DNA of 64,000 bases from Myxococcota bacterium. GTDB lineage: Bacteria; Myxococcota_A; UBA9160; UBA6930. How positions within the stretch are numbered: position 1 is the first letter of the stretch; each line of letters opens with the position of its first letter. Positions 38,272 to 47,946 of this stretch are shown piece by piece. The translations under genes and the position numbers were made by a program. The DNA lies in contig JANQOX010000026.1 in assembly GCA_028285625.1 (NCBI GenBank), positions 17,825-81,824 on the forward strand, given 5' to 3'. Below the pieces are notes generated by a model. It did no database searches. It saw only the letters and a program-made list of their open reading frames with translations, and was not told where the DNA came from.

Positions 38272-39423
38272 TCACCCCGAAGCGGTCACCTCGGCCACGC
38301 AACGCGCAACGGCCACCAGGAGCGGCTCGTCGCGATCCTCGACGCCGAGGCGGTTCTTGACGAATCCAAAGGCCATCTGGTGTGCGCGATGGCCGCAGCC
38401 CAGGTGCCCGCCCAGCCCACCCATGCCGAACGAACCGTGGGCATCGGACTGCACACCCAGTGCCCAGGGAGCGCGCTCGCCGAACACCAGATCGACCTCG
38501 TCGCGCTGGACCTCGAGCATGGCGTCAATCGTCGAGGGGGAGACCAGGCGGGTGCCTTCGAGGGCGCCGCCTCCTGCCAGCAGTGCGTGGAAGCGCGCCA
38601 CGCCGCGAGCACTTCCATGGCCGTTGATCGCCGGAACCAGGGCCGCGCGGAAGGCGTCGCCGTTGATGAAGTCGGGATCGACGAGCCCCGGCGGGTTGTC
38701 CCAGGACTCGGCGAGCAGGGGGGTGCGGGTGCGCGCCATCTCGCGCAGCGCGCCGTCGTCGAAGCCGAGCATGTCGGCGCAGCGTGCGCGCAGGCGCGCA
38801 TCGAGCCCGAAGTGGAAGTCGATGCCCAGGGGCGCGGCCACCTCCTCGCGAAAGAACGTACCGAGATCGCGGCCGTCGATCCGGCGCACGACCTCGCCCA
38901 CCAGGTGACCGTAGAAGCGCGCCGACTCGCCGTGGGCCGTTCCCGGTGCGAAGCGCGGCGTCGCCTGCTCGAGCGCCGTGACGATGCGGTCCCAGTCGAG
39001 GACGTCCTCGGCGGCCAACGGCTCGTCCACGGCCGTCACGCCCGCCTGGTGACACAGCACCTGCCGCACGGTGATCGCCTGCTTGCCCTTCGCGGCGAAG
39101 CCCGGCCAGACCGAGGCCACGGGGGCTTCGAGGTCGAGCGCTTCACGATCCACCAATACCATCGCGCAGAAGGCGACCATGGCCTTGCTCACCGAGTACG
39201 GCATGCAGAGCGTGTCGCGACCGAAGGCACGGCTGCGCGCGCCGTCGGCGTGGCCGCCGGCCAGATCCACCACGACGTCGCCCCGGTGCCGGACGCAGAG
39301 CGACGCACCCACTTCGCCGGGCGCCGCGAGCACGTCGTCGAAGGCCCGGGCGACGCGCTCCCAACCGGGCGCGACCTCGCCTTCCACGGCGGCCTTCGCG
39401 GGCGAGGCGCCCTGGGCGGTCAC
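38272..39423 (-). CDS. Serine hydrolase, beta-lactamase/esterase family
   Basis: YSVSK (SxxK), ITVRQVLCHQAG, GMGGLGG; GTG overlaps the cytochrome c stop. Confidence 0.85.
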   Translation of the reverse strand: MTAQGASPAKAAVEGEVAPGWERVARAFDDVLAAPGEVGASLCVRHRGDVVVDLAGGHADGARSRAFGRDTLCMPYSVSKAMVAFCAMVLVDREALDLEAPVASVWPGFAAKGKQAITVRQVLCHQAGVTAVDEPLAAEDVLDWDRIVTALEQATPRFAPGTAHGESARFYGHLVGEVVRRIDGRDLGTFFREEVAAPLGIDFHFGLDARLRARCADMLGFDDGALREMARTRTPLLAESWDNPPGLVDPDFINGDAFRAALVPAINGHGSARGVARFHALLAGGGALEGTRLVSPSTIDAMLEVQRDEVDLVFGERAPWALGVQSDAHGSFGMGGLGGHLGCGHRAHQMAFGFVKNRLGVEDRDEPLLVAVARCVAEVTASG

Positions 39424-39875
39424 CGGCGAGGCGCTGCGGGATCGGGGGCCAGGCTGCGGATGTAGGCGATCAGCAGCTCGATCTGCTCGTCGGTGAGCGT
39501 GTCTCCCCACGGCTGCATCTGGCAGATGGTCGGCTCGGCATCCGGTGTGGTCGCGCAGGCTGGCTCGTAGGCACGCACACCGTTCGTGATCACGTTGCGC
39601 AGGTCGGCGTCGGTTCCGGCCTGGCCGTCGTCGTCGGTGTCCCATCGAAACTGCGGTTTCTTGAAGTTCGGCGTGGGAAGCCCCAGCGCCTTGGCCGTCG
39701 GGCCATCGCCGCGCCCCGAGAAGCCGTGGCAACCGAGGCAATAGACCCGGTAGTGCCGCTTGCCGGCGGCCGCGCGAGCCTCGGCGTCGGCCGACCCAGG
39801 CGCCTCCGCATGCGCCGTCAGTCCGAGAGCGAGAGCGATCGTGCACACTGCGAGGTGGTGTCGGCGGCATCTCAT
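39420..39875 (-). CDS. Monoheme c-type cytochrome
   Basis: Signal peptide, CLGCHG..GRGDGP, MQPW. Confidence 0.85.
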   Translation of the reverse strand: MRCRRHHLAVCTIALALGLTAHAEAPGSADAEARAAAGKRHYRVYCLGCHGFSGRGDGPTAKALGLPTPNFKKPQFRWDTDDDGQAGTDADLRNVITNGVRAYEPACATTPDAEPTICQMQPWGDTLTDEQIELLIAYIRSLAPDPAAPRR

Positions 39876-39928
39876 GGCGGTGGGGTATCGTAGCTCGCCG
39901 CCGCAGCCGTGAGCTGGCGGGAGGTGCC

Positions 39929-42040
39929 ATGTCCCAGGTTCCCACGTTCTGTCGCGTCTGCGAGCCCGCCTGCGGGTTGCTGGCGCGGGTGGAGGGCGAG
40001 TCGCTCGTGGGGCTGCGACCCGACCGGGACCATCCCGTCTCCAAGGGCTACGCCTGTCACAAGGGGCTCGCCGGCGTCGAGGTCCACCGCGACCCGGACC
40101 GGCTGGATACGCCCGAGCGACGCGACGCCAACGGCCAGTTCGCCCGCGTGGGCTGGGACGACGCTCTGGCCGAGATCGCGGCGCGGCTGGCGGCCCTTCG
40201 CGATGAGCACGGACCCGAGGCGATCGGCGCCTACATCGGCAACCCGATGGCGTTCAACACCTTCGCGGGGCCCTCGGTCGGGTCGTTCCTCGGCCAGCTC
40301 GGCGTCCGGCGCGTGTACGGATCGGGCACCCAGGATTGCGCCAACAAGTTCGCCGCCGCCGAGGCGGTCTTCGGCACCAGCACGCTCCATCCCGTTCCGG
40401 ACATCGAGCACACCGACCACCTGCTGCTGATCGGCGAGAACCCTCGGGTCTCGCACATGAGCTTCTTCTCGATCGCCGACCCCCTGGGCGAGATCAAGCG
40501 TGCCGTCCGACGCGGCGCCACCGTTCGCTACCTGAACCCCAAGCGCATCGAGTCCGAGGACCGCGGGACCGGCGAGGTGATCCAGCTTCGCCCCGACACC
40601 GACGTGTACGTATTGGCGGCGATGCTGCAGACGATCTTCGAAGAAGGGCTCGAGGACGCCCGCGCACTGGATCGTCACGGTCGCCACGTGGCCGAGCTGC
40701 GCGCGTTCGTGGCCGCCTACGGGCCCGAACGAGTGGCGCCGGTGGTGGGCGTCGAGGCAGCGCGGCTGCGTGAGCTGGCCCGCGACTTTGCCACGGCCCG
40801 CCGCGCGGCGGTCCACATGTCGACCGGCGCCAACATGGGGCGACAGGGCACGTTGGCCTACTGGCTGGTGCAGGTGCTGTCGTTGGCGACCGGCAACCTC
40901 GACCGGGAGGGCGGCAACCTCTACAGCCACGGGTTCTACCCCGCCGCCAAGGCAGGCCGCACCGACCCGGCTCGTCAGTTCTTCGACGGCCCCCACGGTC
41001 GCATGCGCCGCATCCGCGGAAGCCTGCCGGGCAACCTGCTGGCCGACGAGATCCTGGGCGGCACCCCGCGGATCCGGGCACTCGTCGTGATCGCCGGCAA
41101 CCCGGTGCTTTCGATCGGCGGCGAGGCCCGCATGCGCGAGGCGCTCGAGGGCCTCGACCTGCTGGTCTGCCTCGACCTCTATCGCAACGCGACGGGCGAA
41201 CTCGCCGACTTCGCCCTGCCCTGCACCGACGCCTTCGAGCGTCCGGACGTGAATCTCACCGGCCTCGGGATGCAGTACCGCCCGTACGTCCAGTGGACCG
41301 ATGCCGTGGTCCCACCCCGCGCCGAGCGGCGGCCCGAGTGGTGGATTCTGGAGCGGCTACTGCAGGAACTCGACCTGAAGAGCGCCCTCGATGCGGGCCC
41401 CGAGCCCGATCTGTCGGGCCGACTCGCGCACATGCTGCGCTCGCGCGACCTGTCGCTCGACGACCTGCGCGAGAGCGAGCGTGGCGTGGTGTTCGAAGGG
41501 CTCGAGCCGGGGCGCTTCTTCGAGGACTGGATCCAGACGGAGGATCGGCGGGTGGATTGCCGCCCGACCCTCTTCCTGGAGGAGGGCGCAATCGACCGCT
41601 GCGAAGCGATCTTCGAAGAGCTGCTGGCAGAGGACCCGTCTGCACTCAAGCTGATCACGCTGCGCACCCCGTCGATGCACAACAGCTGGTACCACAACGT
41701 CGAGAAGCTGAAGCGACCCGGTCGGCTGTCGAACCCGCTGCACATGAACCCGGAAGACGCCCGGTCGCGAGGCCTGGCCGAGGGCGACCTCGTGACCTGC
41801 AAGAGCGCCTGGGGAGAGGTCGAGGCGGAGCTCCGGCTCGACGACACGCTGCGCGCGGGGACGGTCGCCATGACCCATGGATGGGGCCATCAGCGCGCGC
41901 CGAGCATGCGCGTGGCACAGCGCCATCCGGGTACCAACGCCAACCGCCTGCTACCCATCGGGCCGGACAGTTTCGAGCCGCTCAGCAATCAGGCCTTCAT
42001 GACGGGCATCCCGATCTCGGTCGCCCACAGCGACGGCTAG
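39929..42040 (+). CDS. Molybdopterin-dependent oxidoreductase (DMSO reductase superfamily) with N-terminal 4Fe-4S motif
   Basis: CRVCEPACG...C.KG; GENP; TGNLD.EGG; HMNPEDA; MTHGWG. Confidence 0.9.
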   Translation: MSQVPTFCRVCEPACGLLARVEGESLVGLRPDRDHPVSKGYACHKGLAGVEVHRDPDRLDTPERRDANGQFARVGWDDALAEIAARLAALRDEHGPEAIGAYIGNPMAFNTFAGPSVGSFLGQLGVRRVYGSGTQDCANKFAAAEAVFGTSTLHPVPDIEHTDHLLLIGENPRVSHMSFFSIADPLGEIKRAVRRGATVRYLNPKRIESEDRGTGEVIQLRPDTDVYVLAAMLQTIFEEGLEDARALDRHGRHVAELRAFVAAYGPERVAPVVGVEAARLRELARDFATARRAAVHMSTGANMGRQGTLAYWLVQVLSLATGNLDREGGNLYSHGFYPAAKAGRTDPARQFFDGPHGRMRRIRGSLPGNLLADEILGGTPRIRALVVIAGNPVLSIGGEARMREALEGLDLLVCLDLYRNATGELADFALPCTDAFERPDVNLTGLGMQYRPYVQWTDAVVPPRAERRPEWWILERLLQELDLKSALDAGPEPDLSGRLAHMLRSRDLSLDDLRESERGVVFEGLEPGRFFEDWIQTEDRRVDCRPTLFLEEGAIDRCEAIFEELLAEDPSALKLITLRTPSMHNSWYHNVEKLKRPGRLSNPLHMNPEDARSRGLAEGDLVTCKSAWGEVEAELRLDDTLRAGTVAMTHGWGHQRAPSMRVAQRHPGTNANRLLPIGPDSFEPLSNQAFMTGIPISVAHSDG

Positions 42041-42082
42041 CCGCGGCCGCGGGCCGCACCGATTCATCAACGGGGGAACGAG

Positions 42083-43990
42083 TTGCCGAGCGTCGGTTCG
42101 CGATGGCGGGCGCTGGATGGGACCGAGCGCCGGGTGGTCGCCGCGCTCGGCTTGCTGTTGCTGCTGCTGGTCGTGTACCTGGCCGCCGGCGACAACCCCT
42201 GGCACGACGGCATCGCCAAGCGGCTGCGCAAGGGCGACCCGGTGCGCTCGGTGGACTATGCCGCCACCTATGGCTGGATCATGGCGGCGATCAACGCGGT
42301 CGTGGTCCTGTGCCTGTTGCTGCTGCGCAAGCACTGGTTGCGGCCGGGCGAGACGCCGACGGGAACCCTGCTGCCTTCGCCGTCGGGCAACCCCCGCGCC
42401 TTCGGCGCGCTGCTGGTGATGGCCGTGGTCGCCGCCGGAGTCCTCGCTGCACCGCGGCTCGACGACAGCCTGTGGGGCGACGAGGAGTGGACGGTGCGCC
42501 GCGCCATCGACGGCGCCTACTACCCCCAGGACGACGGCAGTGTGGCGTACGAGCCCGTCGGCTGGCGCGAGACGTTCTTCGACTACCGGAAGCCGAGCAA
42601 CCACATGGGCTTCACCGTTCCCGCCCGGGCGAGCCTGCTCGTCTGGCGACTGGTCGCGCGGCCCGAACTCTCCTTCGTGAACGAGGCCGCCGTCCGCATG
42701 CCGGCCTTCCTGGCCGGCCTGGGTGCGGTGGCCTCCCTGGGGCTCCTGTTGCGCCGACTCGGCTTTCCGGCCGCAGGCCTGCTGGCGGCGTGGCTCCTGG
42801 CCATCCATCCGTGGGCGCTTCGCTATGCCAGTGAAGCGCGCGGCTACAGCCTGCTGGTGCTGGGCGTACCCCTCTCGTTGCTGCTCCTGCTGCGGGCGGT
42901 CGAGCGGGCGAGTTGGGGACGCTTTGCCGCGTACGGCGTGGTGCAGGCCTGGATGATGTGGACGTGGCCCCCCATCGCATTCCACGTGGGGCTGCTGAAC
43001 GTGGGCGCGCTCGCGCTGCTGCTCCACACCCACGGCTCGCCGACCCGTGCGCCCATCCCGTACGTGCGGATCGTGTTGGTGGGCGTGTTGGGTGCGCTGG
43101 TCTGGCTCCAGCTCATGCTCGGCAGCCTGATCCAGCTGGGAACGTACATGGACCGCGAGATGCTCCCGATGAACCTCGCGTGGATCCGCAACCTGCTCTC
43201 CCACCTCGTGGCGGGTGTCGGCTGGACCCCGGACTGGCCCGAATACCACGAACTCTCCGAGATCGCGTTGGCTCGGCCGGTGGCGTTCTGGGCGTTCTGC
43301 AGCGTCACGGCGGCGGCGTGGGTGCTGGGCCTGGCCCGCCTCCTGGTGGGGGGCACCGTTCGCGCCGTGACCGCCCTGGTGATGCTGCTTCCGGCTCCGC
43401 TGCTGCTGGCCTGGTCGTGGCAGCGCGGTGCATTCCTCAACCACTGGTACCTGATCTTCCTGTTGCCCTCCTGCGTGGCCTTCGTGGCGGTGGGTCTCGA
43501 GACGGCGGCCCGCGCCCTGCCCCGCTCGCTGCGCGCGGGCTCCGTGGCAGTCGTTCTGGTCGCGTTCTTCGCCGCCGCGACCGCCATCACGGTTCCGGCA
43601 CGGGTCGCCCTGCGCGCGGGGTCGCTCCAACCCATGCGCGAGTCGGTGGCCCTCACGCGATCCGAACGCGATCCAGCGGCGCCTTCGAATCGCGAGATCC
43701 TCACCGCGTCGTTCCAGCGGCCCCCGACCTACTACGACCCTCTGGTGATCGAGGTGTACGACCTCGCGAGCATGCAGGCGCTGATGGCGCGCGCGGATCG
43801 CGAAGGCCGCCCGCTGTTCGTGAACTACGGCCGACCCGGGCTCGCCCAGCGGCGCCACCCGGACCTCGTCGCACTCATGGAGCGCGCCGACCTCTTCGAA
43901 CGCGTCGCCTACCTGCCGGGCTTCGAGCCTCGCGGCATCCGGCTGGTCTACCGCTACCGGGGCGCGGCCCCGGTGCCGAGCACCCCCTGA
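42083..43990 (+). CDS. Membrane glycosyltransferase, GT-C / PMT-like
   Basis: LWGDE, SNH, EAAVRMPA, YASEARGYS motifs; many TMs. Confidence 0.7.
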   Translation: MPSVGSRWRALDGTERRVVAALGLLLLLLVVYLAAGDNPWHDGIAKRLRKGDPVRSVDYAATYGWIMAAINAVVVLCLLLLRKHWLRPGETPTGTLLPSPSGNPRAFGALLVMAVVAAGVLAAPRLDDSLWGDEEWTVRRAIDGAYYPQDDGSVAYEPVGWRETFFDYRKPSNHMGFTVPARASLLVWRLVARPELSFVNEAAVRMPAFLAGLGAVASLGLLLRRLGFPAAGLLAAWLLAIHPWALRYASEARGYSLLVLGVPLSLLLLLRAVERASWGRFAAYGVVQAWMMWTWPPIAFHVGLLNVGALALLLHTHGSPTRAPIPYVRIVLVGVLGALVWLQLMLGSLIQLGTYMDREMLPMNLAWIRNLLSHLVAGVGWTPDWPEYHELSEIALARPVAFWAFCSVTAAAWVLGLARLLVGGTVRAVTALVMLLPAPLLLAWSWQRGAFLNHWYLIFLLPSCVAFVAVGLETAARALPRSLRAGSVAVVLVAFFAAATAITVPARVALRAGSLQPMRESVALTRSERDPAAPSNREILTASFQRPPTYYDPLVIEVYDLASMQALMARADREGRPLFVNYGRPGLAQRRHPDLVALMERADLFERVAYLPGFEPRGIRLVYRYRGAAPVPSTP

Positions 43991-44000
43991 CCGGCCAGGC

Positions 44001-44354
44001 TCAGTTGGACGCGAGCGGCTGCCCCCTCCTGGCAGCGCACTCGGTGGCCTGGGTGTAGATCTCCTCGCTGCCGATCCGACAGCGCACGATCCCCTCGCTT
44101 CCCTCGCCCGGCGTGAGCGTTCTCGCGCCCGCCCACCAGGTGCGGGCCTTTTCGGCCCACTCGCCTGCGGCGGCCGTCGCCGAAGCGCCCGGCCCCGAAG
44201 CGGGCGCGGCCTCGGGCGCCTGTTGGGCCCCCTCCCGACGGCCCGCGAGCTTGTCCATGTCGGCATTGCTCTTGTCGAGCTCTCCGAGCACCCAGCAGCC
44301 GGTGTTGGCCAGGGCCAGTCCGGTGCAGAGCACGATGGCGAGGAAGCGACGCAC
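44001..44354 (-). CDS. Small hypothetical lipoprotein
   Basis: RR + hydrophobic + NTGC lipobox-like; C-terminal C..C..RGG. Confidence 0.55.
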   Translation of the reverse strand: MRRFLAIVLCTGLALANTGCWVLGELDKSNADMDKLAGRREGAQQAPEAAPASGPGASATAAAGEWAEKARTWWAGARTLTPGEGSEGIVRCRIGSEEIYTQATECAARRGQPLASN

Positions 44355-44399
44355 CCCCCACTCATCGGCCGCACGCACCGAGGCCTTGTGTGACGCCCC

Positions 44400-45671
44400 T
44401 CACGCCGGCGCTGGCGGCCCCGAGCCATCCGCCGCCGGGCTCGGGAGCGGCGGCAGGGCCACGCGCTCCTCCAAGCAGCCGTAGGCGGTGGGAGCGAGCT
44501 GGATGACCGTATGCAGGGGCATCTCGAGGTGGGGAATCTCTGCCGTGGGCAGCTGCAGGAAGTACGCGTAGAGCGCGCGCAGGACGGCGCGGTGGCCCAC
44601 CACCAGCACCGGCGTGCGGTAGCGCTCGAGTTCGACGATCACGCGGTCGAGGCGCTGGATCACGTCTTCGTAGGACTCGCCCTTCGGGTAGCGGTACCGC
44701 AGCTTGTCGTTCTGGCGCGCCTCGAACTCCTCGGGCATGCGCCTCGCGATCTCGGCGTAGGTCATGCCGTCGCAGACGCCCGAGTCGATCTCGTCGAGCG
44801 CGCGCCACTGGCCGGGAACCAGACCCATCGGAATGGCGGTGTCGATGGTCCGCCGCAGCGTGCTCGTCCATACGTCGAGGTCTACCAGTTCGTGCGCGTG
44901 GGCGTTCACGTGGTCGGCCAACGATCGCGCGAACACGCGCCCCCGGTCGCTCAGCGGCGCGTCGCCTCCGATGCGGCCCTGGCAGTTGTAGAGGCTCTCA
45001 CCGTGGCGGGTGATCCAGACCGGGCGCTTCGTGACCTGGAGGTTGGTGAGGAACGAAGCGATCCGCGCGGAGATCCAGCCCCGGACCTCGTGGCTCGTGA
45101 TGGTCCGGCCACGGCTGGCCAGCCGGATGAAGCTGCCGTCCTCCTCGCTGAGCGGCGCGTAGACCCGTTCGTAGTGTGCGATGCGCGCGCGAAAGTCGCT
45201 CCAGGCCTCGGCCTCGGGAACGCCGCGGTAGTCCGGCGACGAGAGTTTCGCGTCGCGCACGTTCTCGTCGATCACGTCGGAGTCGTTCTCGAGCAGCTCC
45301 ACGAAGAGCAGGTCGACGTCGGCGCGGGAGCAGCGCTCCTGGATCCGACGGCGCCGGGCGCGGGTGCCGTTGGTCGCGTCGAAGATCGCGATGCGGCCTT
45401 CCCCTCGGAGCCACGCGAACGCCTGGTCCAGCGTGTCGTCCGTGAGCGCTTCGCGTTGCGCCGTCGCCTCACGGTCGTCGGGATCGAAGAACGCAGCGCT
45501 CTGTCCCGGGCCGAGGCGGTCTCGGCGGCGCTCCCCGACGTTGAAGGTGCGGGTCGGGTAGCCGAGCCAAGACAGGTACCCTCGAAGCTTGCGGGCCGTG
45601 AAGGTCTTGCCGCGAGCGGGCAGACCCACCATCGCGATCAGGTGCTTTCGACCGCGGCGCGGCAGCCCCAT
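44400..45671 (-). CDS. Bifunctional 6-phosphofructo-2-kinase / fructose-2,6-bisphosphatase
   Basis: MVGLPARGKT, FNVG..RR, FDATN.TRARR, DFRARI..Y; then RHGES..N, WTSTLRRT, LDEIDSGVCDGMTY, YRYPKGESY, ELER, H.AVLR.L.AYF. GGGAGG RBS before ATG 45671. Confidence 0.92.
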   Translation of the reverse strand: MGLPRRGRKHLIAMVGLPARGKTFTARKLRGYLSWLGYPTRTFNVGERRRDRLGPGQSAAFFDPDDREATAQREALTDDTLDQAFAWLRGEGRIAIFDATNGTRARRRRIQERCSRADVDLLFVELLENDSDVIDENVRDAKLSSPDYRGVPEAEAWSDFRARIAHYERVYAPLSEEDGSFIRLASRGRTITSHEVRGWISARIASFLTNLQVTKRPVWITRHGESLYNCQGRIGGDAPLSDRGRVFARSLADHVNAHAHELVDLDVWTSTLRRTIDTAIPMGLVPGQWRALDEIDSGVCDGMTYAEIARRMPEEFEARQNDKLRYRYPKGESYEDVIQRLDRVIVELERYRTPVLVVGHRAVLRALYAYFLQLPTAEIPHLEMPLHTVIQLAPTAYGCLEERVALPPLPSPAADGSGPPAPA

Positions 45672-45758
45672 CGATGCCTCCCATCTTTCGCCGGCTCGTG
45701 TAGCATCGGGGATTCGGAGCCGCCTGGCCCCCCTCGGGCACGGCTCGAGGAGGACCGC

Positions 45759-46514
45759 GTGGATCTCGGACTGGCCGGCAAGCGGGTGGTGATCACCGGA
45801 GGCAGCAAGGGAATCGGCCGGGCCACGGCCCTGGCCTTCGCCGACGAAGGCGCGCACGTCGGCATCTGCGCACGAACGGCAGAGCCCGTCGAAGCCGTCC
45901 GCAAGGAGCTCGAGTCCCGCAGCGGGAGCGCCTTCGGGGCTGCCTGCGACGTGGCCGACCCCTCGGCCCTCACCGGGTTCCTGGAGGACGCCAAGACGGC
46001 ACTCGGCGGAATCGACGTCCTCGTGAACAACGCATCGGGGTTCGGCGTGACCGACGACGAGGCAGGCTGGAAGGCCGGCTTCGACGTGGACCTGATGGCG
46101 AGCGTGCGAGCGACCTGGCAGGTGGTTCCGTGGATGGAGGCGGCGGGCGGCGGCTCGGTGATCCACATCTCGTCCACGTCCGGGCTCGAGGCCGGCTCTC
46201 CACCCGCCTACGCCGCGGCCAAGGCCGCGCTGATGAGCCACTCCAAGACGCTCGCCATCAACCTCGCGCCGAAGAACATCCGCGTGAACTGCATCGCGCC
46301 GGGATCGATCGAGTTTCCGGGCGGGATGTGGGAGACGATCCAGAAGGTCAACACGCCCATGTACGACGCGATCCGCGATTCGATCCCGTTCGGGCGACTC
46401 GGCAACGCCGAAGAGGTCGCCGCCGCCGTGGTGTTCGTCGCGTCCCCCCGCGCCAGCTGGATCACGGGCGTGACCCTGTCGGTCGACGGCGGCCAACACA
46501 AGGGCAATCTCTAG
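45759..46514 (+). CDS. SDR family oxidoreductase
   Basis: TGGSKGIG, NNA, YAAAK, VDGG; GAGGAGG RBS before GTG 45759. Confidence 0.92.
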   Translation: MDLGLAGKRVVITGGSKGIGRATALAFADEGAHVGICARTAEPVEAVRKELESRSGSAFGAACDVADPSALTGFLEDAKTALGGIDVLVNNASGFGVTDDEAGWKAGFDVDLMASVRATWQVVPWMEAAGGGSVIHISSTSGLEAGSPPAYAAAKAALMSHSKTLAINLAPKNIRVNCIAPGSIEFPGGMWETIQKVNTPMYDAIRDSIPFGRLGNAEEVAAAVVFVASPRASWITGVTLSVDGGQHKGNL

Positions 46515-46533
46515 TGCCTCGGAGGACTCTCTA

Positions 46534-46965
46534 GTGGCCATTCGCGAAGGCGACTCTGCCCCGCAGTCCAGCTTGCTCGCGCCCTGGCTGGGGACGCGCA
46601 CCCTGGTGCTCTACTTCTATCCGAAGGACTTCACCCCGGGTTGAACGGTGGAGGCGCGTGACTTCCGGGACCAGTACTCGGAGTTCACCGCGCTCGACGC
46701 CGAGGTCGTCGGCGTCAGCCCCGATAGCGATGAGCGACACGCTTCGTTCCGGGACAAGCTCGACCTGCCGTTCCCGCTGGTCGCCGATGCGGGCTCGAAG
46801 CTCGCCAAGGCGTTCGGCGTGGCCCGCCTCGGAGGCCTGCTCCCGTCGCAGCGCGTGACGTTCGTGATCGACGCCGAGGGCATCGTGCGCAGCGTGATCT
46901 CGGCCGAACTCGACGTATCGAAGCACGCACGAGGCGCGCTCGACGCCATTCGAGCCCTGGGCTGA
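46534..46965 (+). CDS. bcp: BCP/PrxQ peroxiredoxin, probable selenoprotein (TGA 46642-46644)
   Basis: GGAGG then GTG 46534; VLYFYPKDFTPG-TGA-TVEARDFRD...VGVSPD...FPLVAD...RVTFVID continues in frame. Confidence 0.85.
46654..46693 (+). promoter_or_regulatory. Candidate bacterial SECIS hairpin
   Basis: GCGCG-UGA-CUUCCG pairs with CGGAG-UUCA-C-CGCGC; apical region starts GG about 23 nt after the UGA. Confidence 0.6.
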
Positions 46966-46972
46966 GCCCCGC

Positions 46973-47836
46973 TCAGGCCGGCGGCAGCTTGAGCACCTTG
47001 CGCGCGTTGTCGCGCAGGAACTTGGGCCAGACCTCGTCCTTGAACGGCACACCGGGCATGTCGGTCATGATGCGCTCCAACGACAGGCCCATCGGAAAGT
47101 AGCCGGCGTAGATCACGCGGTCGGCGCCCCGGGTGTTGGCGTACTTCACGATCGCCTCCGGATAGTAGCGAGGCGCGAAGGCCGACGTGGAGTAGTAGAG
47201 GTTCGGCCACTTGAGCATCAGCTTCACCGCCAGCTCTTCCCAGGGCTCGCAGCCGTGCCGCGTGACGAACACCAGTTCGGGAAAGTCGTACATCACCTGG
47301 TCGAGGCACTCGACCTTCTGCGGCCACATCGGAAAACGCGGCCCGGGGACACCCACGCAGGAGAAGATCGGAACGTCGAGCTCCACGCACTTGGCGTAGA
47401 TCGGGTACATCTTCGCGTCGTCGATGGCGACCTGCGGGTTGTAGCCCGCGTTGAAGGCCCCGAACGACGTGACGCCGTACTCCTCGAACTGGCGCACCAT
47501 GTCGCGAATGCCGTCCATCCCGCGATTGGGATCGACCGAGCCCTGACCCACGAACCGGTCGGGGTGCTCCTTCAGCGCCCGCTGACTCACCTCGTTGCCC
47601 GCGCCGATCAATCCGACCTCGACGCCGAACCGATCCATCTCATGCAGCGTGAGCGAGATCGGGTCGCCGTGGCCATAGAGTTCTTTCGGCACGTTCTTGA
47701 ACATGTACTCGACCGGAAAGTCGAACTCGGTCGAGCCGTCCTTGAGCTGCGCCCGGATGAAGTCGTACTGGGCGAAGTCCTCGGCGGGGAAGCCGATCAT
47801 GCAGTCGACGATGCCGATGTCACTGGGCAGGGCCAT
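46973..47836 (-). CDS. Amidohydrolase family (Amidohydro_2) protein
   Basis: YPIYAKCVELDVP, RHGCEPW, YSTSAFAP.YYP; GGAGGAG RBS before ATG 47836. Confidence 0.88.
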   Translation of the reverse strand: MALPSDIGIVDCMIGFPAEDFAQYDFIRAQLKDGSTEFDFPVEYMFKNVPKELYGHGDPISLTLHEMDRFGVEVGLIGAGNEVSQRALKEHPDRFVGQGSVDPNRGMDGIRDMVRQFEEYGVTSFGAFNAGYNPQVAIDDAKMYPIYAKCVELDVPIFSCVGVPGPRFPMWPQKVECLDQVMYDFPELVFVTRHGCEPWEELAVKLMLKWPNLYYSTSAFAPRYYPEAIVKYANTRGADRVIYAGYFPMGLSLERIMTDMPGVPFKDEVWPKFLRDNARKVLKLPPA

Positions 47837-47946
47837 GGGATTCTCCTCCGACGGGGCCCGGCAAGTGCCAGCCGGGGGCCCGACACGGGTAGCAGGTCGT
47901 CCGGCGCGAGGGCATGGGCGCGCTCGCCCGCCGAGCGGGGCCGCTC

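Noticed and set aside
46508..46536. 9-bp direct repeat TCTCTAGTG flanking the bcp RBS, as a possible target-site duplication
   Set aside because: Only 11 bp lie between the copies and there is no transposase or inverted repeat; no function can be supported.
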